A DNA stretch of 64,000 nucleotides from Sphagnum compactum (taxonomy: Eukaryota). Each line of letters begins with the position of its first letter. The first letter of the stretch is position 1. The stretch spans positions 7,182,213 to 7,246,212 of the forward strand of contig OZ234493.1 of the NCBI GenBank assembly GCA_965153455.1, written 5' to 3'. The notes beneath the pieces were generated by a model. That model was not told the DNA's origin, ran no database searches, and was given only the letters and a program-made list of their open reading frames with translations. This document shows, in pieces, positions 12,201 to 25,021 of the stretch. Position numbers and translations under genes: made by a program.

Positions 12201-15200
12201 TAATAATGACGAAATGTGTAATGAAATGTAGACTGATCCCAACATATAATGAACAAACTTACAAGCACATAGACAAGTGGGGAACATTAAGTGGTGACTT
12301 CAAAATAAATTTCAATTACATGGCAAGAATGGGCCATAAATTTTTGTTTACTAACCCTTGAGTCCTTAGGAGAATTCAACATTGAATTTATTTCATCTAC
12401 TTGGTTACATAGATAATATGAATGAGTTTTGAAGGCTAGTAGATTGATTTACCAACCTCCCACATCAAAGATTTGATGAATGATTTGGATAATGTATATA
12501 CATTAGCACAAAATAGTAGGAGGTTCAACATTAAAAGATCCAATCAACCTCGATGGAAACATTAATGTTGAAATTTGTGATGAACCAATTGAATTTTTTA
12601 AGTAATTTGGAACCAATAGCTCATTTGACAATAGTTGGGTATTCATTCCCACCTCCCTTAGGTTACAAACACACCACACTAACAAACCGTCTCCCAACTC
12701 TAATAAAGAAGGTTCAATGTTATGCCAACAAATTCCATAACCTATCCAACAACTCTAACTTCAATCAATAAGAAAAGATTCATGATTTTGGCCGATTGAT
12801 TTCGATCACGAGCATTAAAAGAAATTATTTAGGTGAGTTTACAGAAGTCTAGTAATGTCCATAAAAAATAGAAAATAGATATTGGTCAATTTATTGATGG
12901 GTCAATGCAAGCTAAGGTGGACTCACTTTTCATAGTTTTTATGATGTGAGAATGTAATGACCAATTTGTATTTTACATGTCCATTTTTTTTACAGGGATT
13001 TAATTCTAGATTATCAACTTGAATATGCATGTGATGTAAGTGATTGTTATGCAAAACTTACAAAATTAAAATATATATGAACTTCTAAAGTGAAATTCAT
13101 GGACTATTGCTTTTAGTAACAAGTTTCATATATGAATTTCAAAATGGTTCAATAATGGATATTATGATTGTTAGGGATTCAATTTTCATTAGAAATATAG
13201 GAATAAAATAAAGTTTTAAATATTTGGGAGCATGTCAATTGTAGGTTATTCTAAATGATTCTTTTGTTCTTTTTTATTAGTGTTAAAAACATGGGACTCT
13301 TTTGAAAGTCCATATCAATATGTAAAAATATTCATTTTATGTTGGGTTTGTGCACACATGTACAAAAAAAATTTCTCTAGGTGAGGTTGAAGCTCAACAT
13401 AAAAAATTTGCTTGGAATTGATGGATTGTTATTGTTTTATTATTTGATCTATCCAAGGCTAAAAAAATATTTTAAAAATGGACTTTGGGTGACATTTTCA
13501 AGTGTTGTTAACGTTTTTTTATGGTAAAAACATAAGAAAACATGTTTTAAAAGCAACTGGACTACTCCATTTTAAGAAATAAGGAAATGAACATAACACT
13601 TATCTTTGTGAATGTTATTTCTAATTTGTGTTCATGTCATGAATTTAGCCTTCACAAATAGAAATAATGCAATAATGTAATCTAACATTACAATTTTTGC
13701 ACAACAGCAACAACCATTCAATAGTCACATGTTATAATTTAATCAAGCCACTCTTGCACATCACCAATGGCCATTCAATAACCACATATACTCAAAAATT
13801 CATTACAACTTCACATCACAAACAAATTTTCAATAGTCACATGCCATATCTTAATTATATCACTAATATCAACAAAGAAAAATAAAGTATAACAATTGAA
13901 AACAAGAAAATTCAAAAGTAAAACAAATTTGCAACAAATGGAAACAAAAAATTGTTGCCTTAAGTTGAAGATGTTGTGCAAGTTAGAGATGCTAATCAGA
14001 ATGATTTAGAAGAAATTGCATAAGTTAAAGATGACAAACCTTGAAAACACAAATGGAAACAAAATATTGTAAATCTAAAAATAAGAAAAGATTGCACAAG
14101 TAAAAAAACATGAATTTAAATTAAAAAAATAAGAGTTTTAAAAAAAGGGGGGGAAACATACAAAGAAACTTTGAAAAATGGATTGAAAAAAAAGAAAATG
14201 GCAAAACATAAAACAAGGAGACTAATTGTAAAGACATAGAAATTTAAAGTGAAAAAGTGAAAATTAAGTGAATGAAGGGATAGAAAATGAAGATAAAGAA
14301 TTTATTCATTGTCCTAAACAACCTTTTGTGAAATCAAGTTAATGTTAAGGCACCATAGAAATTTTAACATTGGATGACATATGATATTTGTGAAAGTGAG
14401 CAATCTAAAAAATAATCAAGGCCATATCATGAACATACCATGGCAACTTCAACACAAAAAGTATTATTTTCTAAAAATCTTGAAAATTTCAAAATAAATA
14501 AATAATTGAAAATATTTTTAAAAATATTCGTTATTTCAAAATGGTATCTTCAAAACTAATTAACTATTTGGCAGACATGTGTTGAATCTACAATTTAATT
14601 ATAATAACAACAAATTAAAGACGTGTTACTTACCATTAAAAAAATGTATAAAATATACTTACCATAGGTATTTAATGCCATGTTCATAGAAAAATGTCTC
14701 CAAGAGATGTTCATTAAAGGCATATACACAAGAAAATCGGTTTCAATGTCTTATATAACCATCACTTTTGTTTTGAGTAGACTATAATTGAAAATTCAAC
14801 TCAATGATAGAACATAGAAAAATGTTTTAAAATAAAAATAAAAATGTGTAAGAGTGGGGGTGTTGGTAGTTCACATTACTCTATATAATCTACTATCATA
14901 AAATGACAATATTAGAATTTTCCATAAAGTCACACTTAGTCCAACACTTATTTTGTACCCTATTGATTTATCCTCCTTTTTTGTTATTATCCATAAATTT
15001 TTTTAAATACTTGACAAAACAACAAAATTCAGCATGAAATGTTGATGATATTATCCTAAAAGTCACCCTCTGTTTCACCCCCTATCTCCTCTGCTTTCGT
15101 CCCCCTATCCCCTCTTTCAGTGGTATCCGCAAAGTAAGGAAATTTTATTAAATCTGGGTATGAAATGCATTGAATGCACAAGGTTCGAGCGTAATTACAG

Positions 15201-16707
15201 TACTTGTACAGGTAAGAGCAGTGAAAATATATGTAGCAGCAGTGCAGGCACTCAGGAAGAAGGAAACAGGGGGATGAAACTCAGTTTACCACCAAAATTG
15301 GTGGAAACAAAAACTAGTTTGGGTCCCAGTTATTTATTTCCTTTTCTAAAATTTTCATTCCCAGTTACGCGTTTGATGCCCTATTATGCCGAAACTGGCC
15401 GTTCTCACCCCCTGATCATTTTGACCTATATTAGACTTCTAATGAACAATTTCATCTTTTATTTGAGGCACTTCATGGATAACTCTATTATCTTCTTTGT
15501 CAATTTTTAAATATGAAAGTTACATTGAAAACATTTACAAGGTATTCAAATTTAAGGTTGTTTGATTTCATTATTATTATTATTTTATTATGATAACGAT
15601 TTATCGAATATGGGCATCAATTACTATATACCAATTTGAAACAATGATAACTACTAACTAAACAAAGGTAGAATATTTGGTAGCATTATTCATATATAGG
15701 TATTTAGTTAGTAGTTAATATTGGTTTATAGTAATTACCATTTGGAAAATTATCTAAAAAAAAAGTTGCCACAATTTGAGGAAAAAAGTTATGAAATTTT
15801 CAAGATTTTTGGAAGATTTGGGCAGATTTCTAGCTTTTTTTTTCTTTTTTTTTAATCGCCATATTTAGCTAATATGTTCTAGTGGTTGGCCACCGTGTAA
15901 TAAGGTTCCTAGGTTTTTTTGACTTCTTTAAGTGTCTTGTAGCCAGATTTGGCTAAATCGTCTTTGTGACCGATCGCCACTTTTGGAGCAACATGAGAAA
16001 ATTGAGAAAAAAAAAAAAAAAAAAAACCGCTGCGAGTAACTGGTGTAAAATTCACCAAAAAGCGAAAATGCGGAGGATTAGTGTGTAATTAATTAGCGAT
16101 TAGGAGTTCACTAATCACGAGTGATTAAATTAAACCTGATTAAGCCTCCGTCTCCTTACCCTTGCAGCCGGCTTGCGGCGCATTTGCAAGCGATGGGCGC
16201 ACAGTCCTGCAATCTCGTGGTGCATTTTTTGATCTTGTTGCGGTCGAATTCGTTGCCGTGGTGAAGGTATTGTCTCTATTTCCTCTGCACTTATTCTTTG
16301 GTTTCGGATTTTGCGGCTTCCTGGACTTTGTGATTTTTCGAATCCCATCTTGTGGATCTATTGAGCATACCTTCCTGAAGCTCTTCAACTTGGGAGGTTT
16401 GTTTGTTTTGTTTGGATTTTGTTTTTTTGTTTTTTTGTTTTTTGGCAGCTCTCTCTATTGTGGAGAAGTTGTTATCTGATTTTTCTTGACTTGGCGATTG
16501 AATCTGTGGAGGAAATTTTCCCTGGTTGGTCGTTTTGAAAAATTAGGGTTAGAGTTTTCTAACATTGTCACGAAATGGTTTCGAATCCGAGTGTTTGTTT
16601 GTTGAATTCAAGGATTTGTGTAACATGTTCAGTGGGGACTTTTCTGTCTGATTTCATTGAGCTTTCTTTTGTTTCTTTCTCCAGATTGTGGAAGGTTCAA
16701 CAAGGGC

Positions 16708-16730
16708 TTAGGGTTTAGGGTTTAGGGTTT
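16708..16730 (+). promoter_or_regulatory. Tandem telo-box (TAGGGTTT x3 = AAACCCTA) in the 5' leader region of bystin
   Basis: TTAGGGTTTAGGGTTTAGGGTTT lies about 80 nt upstream of the bystin ATG. Telo-boxes are established cis-elements of plant ribosome-biogenesis genes, but similar motifs are also scattered elsewhere in this window. Confidence 0.5.
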
Positions 16731-16805
16731 TGTCCAGGGTTTCTTTCTTGTTAAACTTTTTGTGATCTTGCAGGTCTTGGTTGATTAAGAACAGATCTAG
16801 CAGTC

Positions 16806-19800
16806 ATGGTGGGTGAAGGAGCTGGGACAAAGCCCAGGGGTCCAATGCCACCAAAGAAGAAGAGGAAAGATTCAACCATTGTTGAGAAGCATGGTCTCAG
16901 TTTGGCACAGCAAATGGAGGACAGGCACGAGGCTGCACCTCCCAAGCGACGGGCTCCTAAAAGTCACAAAGGCCAGCAAGCAGAGGAGGTAAGGTGCCAA
17001 GATGTTCGTTTCTTTGCTTTGCCATGTCCTTGTGATCACAATGAATGTAATTGTCAGCTCAGTCTCTTCTTCTTTTGTGTCTTAGATCCTGCAGGTTAGC
17101 ACTAATACTACATCTGTTAGAACTTATCTTTTGTTAGTGTTCCCTCTACTCTCTTGGGCCAAGCATCGAGTTTGAATTGTTTTTGATTGGTGAACGGGAT
17201 GGATGCAGTATGTGACCCCAGTAATGAGCAACAAGATTCTGGCAGAAGCTCGACGGCAGCAGTTGGAAGTTGACAATGAGAGGTGGGGTGTCAAAGTGAA
17301 TTGGTGAAAAAACAGTGTGAATGCAAGGAATTGGTCTCTAGAGTATAATTTCAGGGCATTCATCCACTTTTGTATGCAGGGATGAAGAGACAGGGGTTGC
17401 AGCAACACGACGAGCATTCACTGCTGTTACCAGTGAGAAAAGAATGGACAGTGACAGTGACAATGAAGAGGATGGAGGCTACTCTGACACAGAGGAGCAT
17501 CATGAAGAATTTGATGTAAAGCCTGGTTCTGTAATACTTTGCATCTGGCAAGAAACAATGTGAAAACAGTGGTTTATCCATAGATGTTGCAGTTGTTGAT
17601 ATGGTGGTAACAGAAGGCTAAAATGGATTATGTCCAAACATTCCATGTAGTTTGATAACTCGGATTTGTGCTGGTGGAGTAGGAGATCACTGAAGAGGAT
17701 GAGAGGATTATGTCAATGTTCATGGCATCTGATGCCACCCCACAACGCACTTTGGCTGACATTATTATGGAGCGTATCCATGAGGCTGGTGTAAGTGGTG
17801 ATGCCACTGCCAACGTGGAAGGTGACTACATAGCCTTAAGTACTGGACTTGCTGACAGCATAGTTCTTCAGCCAGGCTTGCTATTGACGAGATATGTTGC
17901 ATTGTCTTTGGTGGTTTGTTGGTCCTGAAAGTGGGTGGAATCCTAGACATAAATTGATGTATTGTACCTACAGGTGGAGGAAGATCAATTCCTGGGATTG
18001 ATAAGAAGGTCATTGAAGTGTATCAAGGGTTCGTGCTCTGCTCTCTATCTATGTGTCTCTCTGTCAGTCATTAAAGGAGTAGAATGGACACTTCTTCTCT
18101 TGGAAGATTCTCGCAGCTCTGGATTGGCTGTTCTTTGCTTCTGTCTTCTGGTTTTGTTAGCCTGTTTTTCACCCATGGCTGTCATAACTCTATTCAGTCA
18201 CCATCTCACCATCCCTGTCATTGCTTGTTGCCTTGTCTTACTAGAGCGGTCACCAGTTGCTTTTGCTACATGGCTTAACTCTGATTACAAGCTGCTGTTT
18301 TTCTAAAGTCAGTCTCAGATGCTATTCCAAGTTTCTAGGAGATTGGAATGCTCTGACATTGGTTTCAAATCTCTACAGAGTGGGGAAGCTACTGGGCAGA
18401 TACAGGTCTGGGAAATTACCAAAGGCTTTCAAGATTATTCCATCTCTGTCAAATTGGGAGGAGATTATGTACCTAACAGATCCTGAGAAATGGTCGCCTA
18501 ATGCAATGTATCAGGCTACTCGTGTATTTGCCTCAAACTTCAATGCCCGCATGGCTCAGCGCTTCTATAGCTTGGTTTTGCTCCCCCGCATACGGCAAGA
18601 TATTAAGGAACATAAGCGCCTCCATTTTGCACTGTATCAGTCTTTAAAGAAGGCTGTTTACAAACCTTCAGCTTTCTACAAGGGTGTCTTGCTACCGCTC
18701 TGCCAGGTGAGGTCATAAAACTCATTCCCAATTTAGGCCTCAGAGCATCTTTGACTAATTTTGTAGTTGGCTATTCTTCTTGAGTACTAGCCAACATTAT
18801 GGATGAGTTTTACTGTTGCTTCCTGGGGAGTAATGGCAGCTAGGCAATGCCGTTCATGGTGACAGTGATGGTCCAATACATTGTGAGTGAAACTGGCAAG
18901 GTTATGACTGCAACCATTTGTGTCATGCTTGTTTTGGGTTTGGCTGGAAATGATAGGACAGTGTATTTGTGGAGTTTTCTCTGCAATTTCACAGATTAAT
19001 CTTTGATAAGTTTGAAAGGAGGTGTAACTTGCTCCTTATCAGCTTTGTGTGACTGTGGCAGTCAAGGACATGTAACTTGAGAGAAGCTGTGATCGTGGGA
19101 AGTGTGATTCAAAAGGTGTCAATTCCTGTGTTGCACTCCAGGTAGAGTCACAGGATATGCTCATCTCATGCCATGTGTGGGGTTGGCAGACTGTGTTCTC
19201 CCCCTGACAGATGGCTTGCTCTGTGATAGAAGGCATGTGGGTTGTCTCAGCAATTAATCATATACATGTTAAACAAACAGGATGTTGGTTTGTAAGTAGA
19301 AGTGTACCTAGCCTTTCATCTATATGGATGAAGAATTTGAGGCCCATTTTTTTTGTTTTTTCCTTGTTTCTGAGTGTGGGATTGGGGCTGGGTTTTGTGT
19401 CCAGTGTTGCACTTTTGAAGATTGCAGAGATGGAGTATTGTGGCACAAACAGGTTGGTGTTTCCTGGTTCTATCTCTGATGAACTCATCTTGTGTACCAG
19501 AGCATTGCCGTCTGTGTTAACCCAGATGTCAATGCTTTATTAGCTCATCAAACTGTGTTGTGATGAAATTGTGTTTTGCAGCTATTTTTTGAAGCTCTTG
19601 TTGGACAAAAAATATGCCCTTCCATATCGTGTGCTAGATGCTGTTCTGTTGCACTTTGTGCGCTTCACTGATGATGACCGGGACCTCCCTGTTATTTGGC
19701 ATCAGTCCCTTCTCACTTTTGTTCAGAGGTAAAACATAGACCATTGAAAAATTTCCCAATTTCATGCTATTTGTTGGAAGTAATTTGGACCCAGTGTAAA

Positions 19801-20864
19801 TTGCATGCACACTGTACATTCTCCTTCCAACTTCAGTTTGTTGACATCAGAAATTTTGTACATTCTTGAATTGCAGCTGATTACCACTTGAATGCTTTAA
19901 GTGCACAATGAGCTCTGGGCTCAGCGAGTTGTAAATTGTTAATATACAGGTACAAGAATGAGCTCAGTGAGGAAGATAAGGAGAAATTGAGGCATCTGAT
20001 GCGGCAACACAAGCATTATCTGGTATTTTCTGTGAAGTCTTTATGTGATGTTCTGAAGGGAATTGTAATTAATCCAATTTTAGTGTTCTGTATCTCTGAA
20101 TGGTGTGCTATATGATATTGGGAGCTGATGATGTCTGGTGGGAATCATGGCTGATGATCATCACTTCCATTTGTGAGTGAGACTCATAAGGTCATGACTG
20201 CACTCTTTCTTGTGTTGTTGCCAATGTTGTTGTGGAGTTTTCTCTGCAACCTCATAGATATGTTTAGCTCTAGCAGATGTGCTCCATATAAGTAGTCAGT
20301 GGTGCTATCCTTTCAGGGTACAGGAGGCCCTGACCACTACCCTGTATATCAGTCTCCATGTTTGTTTAGGGATCTAATGTTTGAAACAGGCAAACTTGTT
20401 GTCCCTTTTGGCCATCCAATGCTAGCCATTTTAGGAATTCAAGGGTGGTGTTTTTGCAGGTGACACCAGAAATTCAGAGAGAGCTGCTCAATAGTCGAAA
20501 TCGTGGCCAGAAAGATGACTCCAATGGTCTTGCCTCTAATATCCTCCAATTGCATTCTACACTGTCTTTAACGCTTTTTCTGCTTCTCTTTGTAACCTTT
20601 GCTCTTGAAAAGTCCTTCAGGGCCTCCATTTTATCAGATGTCTCCAGAGAGACTCAAGCCTCCATTTTCATAGTCAGCCTTTGTTTCATTTTGTTCAGTT
20701 CTTCCACATACAGTAGAAGTACAGATGTTATGCTTGTAGAGCTTTCTGGTTATTACTTTTGGGATCCTTAATTCCTTGCACTGGTCCAGAAGGTCAGCAA
20801 GGTTCCGATGCAGGAAGATGTGTGGAATATGCCAGAAGTTGTGATTGGCATGGATGAGGACTAA
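16806..20864 (+). CDS. BYSL: Bystin / ENP1 (40S ribosomal subunit biogenesis factor)
   Basis: Twelve exons joined in frame: 16806-16988, 17209-17282, 17380-17515, 17683-17821, 17974-18028, 18379-18706, 19062-19141, 19405-19452, 19582-19728, 19950-20022, 20460-20538, 20782-20864. Hallmark bystin motifs are [105 protein letters not shown] and [16 protein letters not shown]. Confidence 0.96.
20539..20781 (+). other. U12-type (minor spliceosome) AT-AC intron, last intron of bystin
   Basis: 5' site ATATCCTCC matches RTATCCTY. Branch site TCCTTAAT is at 20765-20772 and the 3' end is ...TTGCAC at 20781. Removal restores the frame and gives the acidic bystin C-terminus ...[31 protein letters not shown]. 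Confidence 0.9.
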
Positions 20865-23800
20865 ACTTGATCTTTTGAAAGCTCCACTCTAAACACTTAC
20901 CATAACCAATTTGAGACGCTTTTGGACTAGGAACCTTTCTTTTGGTGTTGTGTTTGGGGGTTTTCCATTCTTACGAAAGCTTGATAAATTTTGAGCCATC
21001 ACCCTTTCGTAGGTTCTGTAGTATTCATACTACATTTTCCAATTTGTATTTACTCCAAGACAGTTGCTCTTGGGTTTCCTCAGTGTTTCTCTTTGTGGAT
21101 TGATGAGAACCAATTTTGTAAGAGGGTTGAGTATTTGAGTAGTGGCTTTAAAGGAGCAGCAGGATTTTTAGTTTCAATAAACTGTTCTATTTGTGGTGGA
21201 AATGCTACAATAGCACCTTTCTGAAGCAGTTTCAAATTCTACCACTTTGTCCCAATGTAATCTTATTTCTCCTCTCTTCTCAGCTTGGAGGTGATGTTGG
21301 GTTGTGCTATCTGCACCACATATTGTACCTGGTATCATGAATCAGGACTCTGTGGAGCAAGCTTCATGTTGGGTCAATTGGCAGTTCCATCTTCAGGGAC
21401 CCTGGAAGGTAAAATGGGATCTCTGCACAGCTTCCGGCATGCGGGTAAGACTGCCCTTCTGCAAATCTGTGTCCATATGGCTGACCTCACTACTGTTTGC
21501 ATTAGTTAATTTTCTAGAACTGACATATGGATTCATCTTATTTGCTTTCTGTTTCTTGCTGGATCTTATTTAGCTCTGGATGTGGTTTCTGAGTCACTCT
21601 CATGCCCAATTGTATGCACTATCAGAGGTCAACATTTTGATACTTTTTGTCAAACAACGGAAACTAGGGACAAAAGAGGTGTTGAGTTGAAGCCTCAAAT
21701 AGGTTATGGTTTGTAATTGGGTAGATTGTGAGGATTGGATGCGCTTTTAGGGTTTAGGGTTTATGCAACTCTATATTTTGAAATTGAGTTTCAAATCGAG
21801 ACATACAGGATAAACATTTGTAATCCTGTGTTTTAGTTTGGATCCTACAAGATGCACATCTACAAACAACCTTAAGCAATGCTAAACAAATTCCTCATGC
21901 AGTTTTGAGGTCATTGTAATCGCCACCAAAATGAGGCATCACAAAGGCAGGTTAGTGAGGCTGAGCTACAAACAATTCATAACTCAAAAGTCTTTCACTT
22001 CTATTCCTCTTAGTTACTCAAAACAGGTCCTCTCTACCAACAAGTGTGTTGTTGGGTGTAGCAATTTGTAGTCTCGCAAGTTGCAAGGAGTGCAAAGAGA
22101 GGTGGTTTTAGCGGATCTCAACATGCTTGAATGCATTGCACCTCGAGATTCACACCATAGTTTACACATAAGTACAAGATCTTTAACAGTGTGGGAGGGC
22201 TTTTTAGATTTTATATGGTCTGATTTCCTCAACTAAAGCACTAAAAGACAGGACATGCTCTTCTGACTTACCGTCACTAATGTAACATACTTCTTGCTAA
22301 GTGTACTAATAGGAGAATCACATATCTCTTGCAGGATGTATCTCTTACTTGTTGGAGGGTTGGGGGCTGATATGATGTTCAATGCCTCCAAAGGCCAAAG
22401 AAAAGTTTAAGCTTGCAAAGAACATCATGATCCATTTCCAATAATTCAAACTGAGGTCAATTTTTTTTGGAGCAACATGACCCTCAAACTCCCAAATGTC
22501 TCAATTCAAGTTTTTCTTTTGGTTTTCGTTGCAATTTTCATTTCAAAAACAAAGGAATTAAAATATTTGAGAAATTTTAATTCTAATTACATATGGATGT
22601 AAACTATTTGTTTGTATAGTTTGAGGTGATGACCAAATATCTAAAGCAAGTTGGATTCAAATTGAAGGCTCATTAAAGGCCAAGAAAAGCTTTACCGTTC
22701 CATGGGATAACTTGATTTTTTTTATTGATTATTTGCTTAATGTTGATTATTTGAAACTATAGATAGGTTGTGACTTATTATATATGTTTTTAATAACACT
22801 TTCATCCAATGAACAAATGTCACCGTTATAATAACTATATCGAATGCTTTTCTATGAATTTGTAAAAGGCAAGTGCTACAATACTTTGTGAAAGAAATGG
22901 AGTTCTACATGCCAATTGACGTTTTTTTGGGAATTTATCAGGTTGCATAAAACGTTAAAAAGAAATTTGATGAAAACCTTTAACAAGACTTACAAGTGCC
23001 AAAATTAATTTGTGTCATGTTGTTCTCTGATAAATCTATGAATCGCATAAAACATGTCCTTTGGCAAACATAAGACAATTTAATCCCATGTCCATTGGAA
23101 TGAAAACTATGATAGTTAGCGTGAAAGGATGACTTTGAAGAATTTTGAAATTCGTGATTGTGGATGGAACTTTTTGTTTTGTTCTTCTTTTGATAGTATC
23201 TTCAAGTTCTCTATTCAATCCTTTATCTTTGGTCTAATGTTCACACCGTTGTGTGGAATGTTGGAACCCATAGTTTATTTTAGGCCGTACTTTGGAGTTG
23301 GATTTGAGAAACTTCACCAAAGGTTACATGGGCCTTGGATTTGCAACATTGTGCACGTGTGACTTTGTATGTATTACATGCTTTGCCTCTTCATTTCCTT
23401 GATTCCCTTATGTAAGATGCATGTTGAAAAGTGCAACAACATGTCCCTTCCCATGTCAGTCAACTCCTTACCTTAAGTGAGAGTTTCAAATGTAGTTTTG
23501 AGTACAAAGTTACAACTAGTGCAACATAATCTTGATGATCTCGGTGTAGGTAGTTAGTTAGGTAGTTAGTTTTCTAGAACTCGTGGTGTCAATTGGTGAC
23601 AATATCCCCCGCTGGGGACTCTTATGAGTCCTTTCATGAGCCTACTAGCACACTAGTAGAGTTGCATTGTTTCTAAGGTTTGAGTTATGTTGTAGTCTGA
23701 TGGAAACACACAAGTAGAAATCTGTGTTTCTGTGCTTGTTGTTGGCAATCAAACCTGAGGTTGTCTTGTATGCCTTACAAGGTCCCACAGTGACGTATAT

Positions 23801-24988
23801 GGGTGGTCATGTGATAGTTTTTTTTTCCTTCTTTGTCCCCAACTCAGGGTTTTTAATCTGTTCTACATATTTTGACAAGAGAAGACAAGAGTAATTTGTT
23901 AATGTCGAGACTTAGAGTCTGCTTGAGCTTGCACTGATTGTGCATAGATTTTCATTATACAAACTCACCCACATCACCCACACAAATGGGCTGTTTCACC
24001 CAACTGAAGATTTTCATAATCTGGATATAAAACTGCCTACTTTAGATAGTCTTTCATATTCTTTTCTAAGTAATGGCTTCTTTCCTACCATCTTTTTTGT
24101 TTCTTTCTTTTGGTTTTGGCTGAGCATTCTTTTTAAAACATGAAAAATTACAGTTGAATGTGTACTATCCAAAAAAAAATCCAGAAACTCCCACAACAAT
24201 TGCAAAATACTTACCCAACCAGTAGCATTTCCCTCAAGAATTTGAAATACATAAGTTAAACCCCCGGCTGGTCTGTTTCAAAATATGATACCTGCCCAAC
24301 ACTAGTTAGCACATCAATTTTATTATGCAACAAAAAAAAATCTATTCCTTTTCCTTCTTTTGATTCTTCCAGGGTTGCCAGTGAGCCCATGTGTACAAGC
24401 TTTGCCGGTGTTTGCCAGAGATTTTCCCCCATGTCCAACTGCTGTTTGCTCCGGACTTGTAGTTATACCCATCTCTCTTTGACCAGCTCTGCATGCACGG
24501 GCTGTCTTTGTTGCAGATGACACAAAACCCTCTCTCTGACTACTTCAAGAACTACAGCTACAGAAAAGAAAAAGGAAACCCCCCAAAGAAAAGAGTACCC
24601 CACAGCATGGATTTATTCGGAGCAGCACAGACAGACTGTGCTCCACTAACAGACTAGATTGAAAACCAGGATGTGCTGCATAATAATCAAAAGGAGCTGA
24701 ACCAGAATTTTTAAATTTTGTTTTTTCCAGCTGCTGATTTGGGGTCCACCTCAAACTGTTTTTGTTGCAAAGCAACTTCAGTGAGACACTCCAGCTTCTG
24801 CTCCTTTCCTTTCTTCCACACCCCTCCTCTTCCTCCATCCACTTCACTTTGAATGGGCCAGAAGTCCCAAGGTCAAATTGACTGTGGCCTGCACAATGCT
24901 AAACTTGCACACGATTTGCTGCCAGTTTGTAAGAAGGTCCCCCTTTTTTTTGTGTAAGATTCAGATATGGTGGTTGGCACTGGGTTCT

Positions 24989-25021
<33 letters not shown>

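Noticed and set aside
10700..12950. Possible Helitron/PIF1 helicase relic (QFQTLI..DE, SGDF-like fragments)
   Set aside because: The motifs are too short and degraded to assign without a frameshift-aware search.
16130..16479. Three overlapping short ORFs in a GC-rich patch
   Set aside because: Low-complexity translations; best explained as the bystin promoter and 5' UTR.
20150..20200. Hammerhead ribozyme (CTGATGA...stem...GAGAC)
   Set aside because: It lacks the invariant GAAA and a properly placed stem III/NUH cleavage site, and the paralogous copy lacks CTGATGA.
20301..20321. miR390/TAS3-like target site (GGTGCTATCCTTTCAGGGTAC)
   Set aside because: Multiple mismatches fall opposite the miRNA 5' end, it is intronic, and there is no second site or tasiARF sequence.
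20445..20771. 108-aa ORF as the true bystin last exon
   Set aside because: The hydrophobic read-through is not bystin-like; the U12 splice gives the expected acidic C-terminus.
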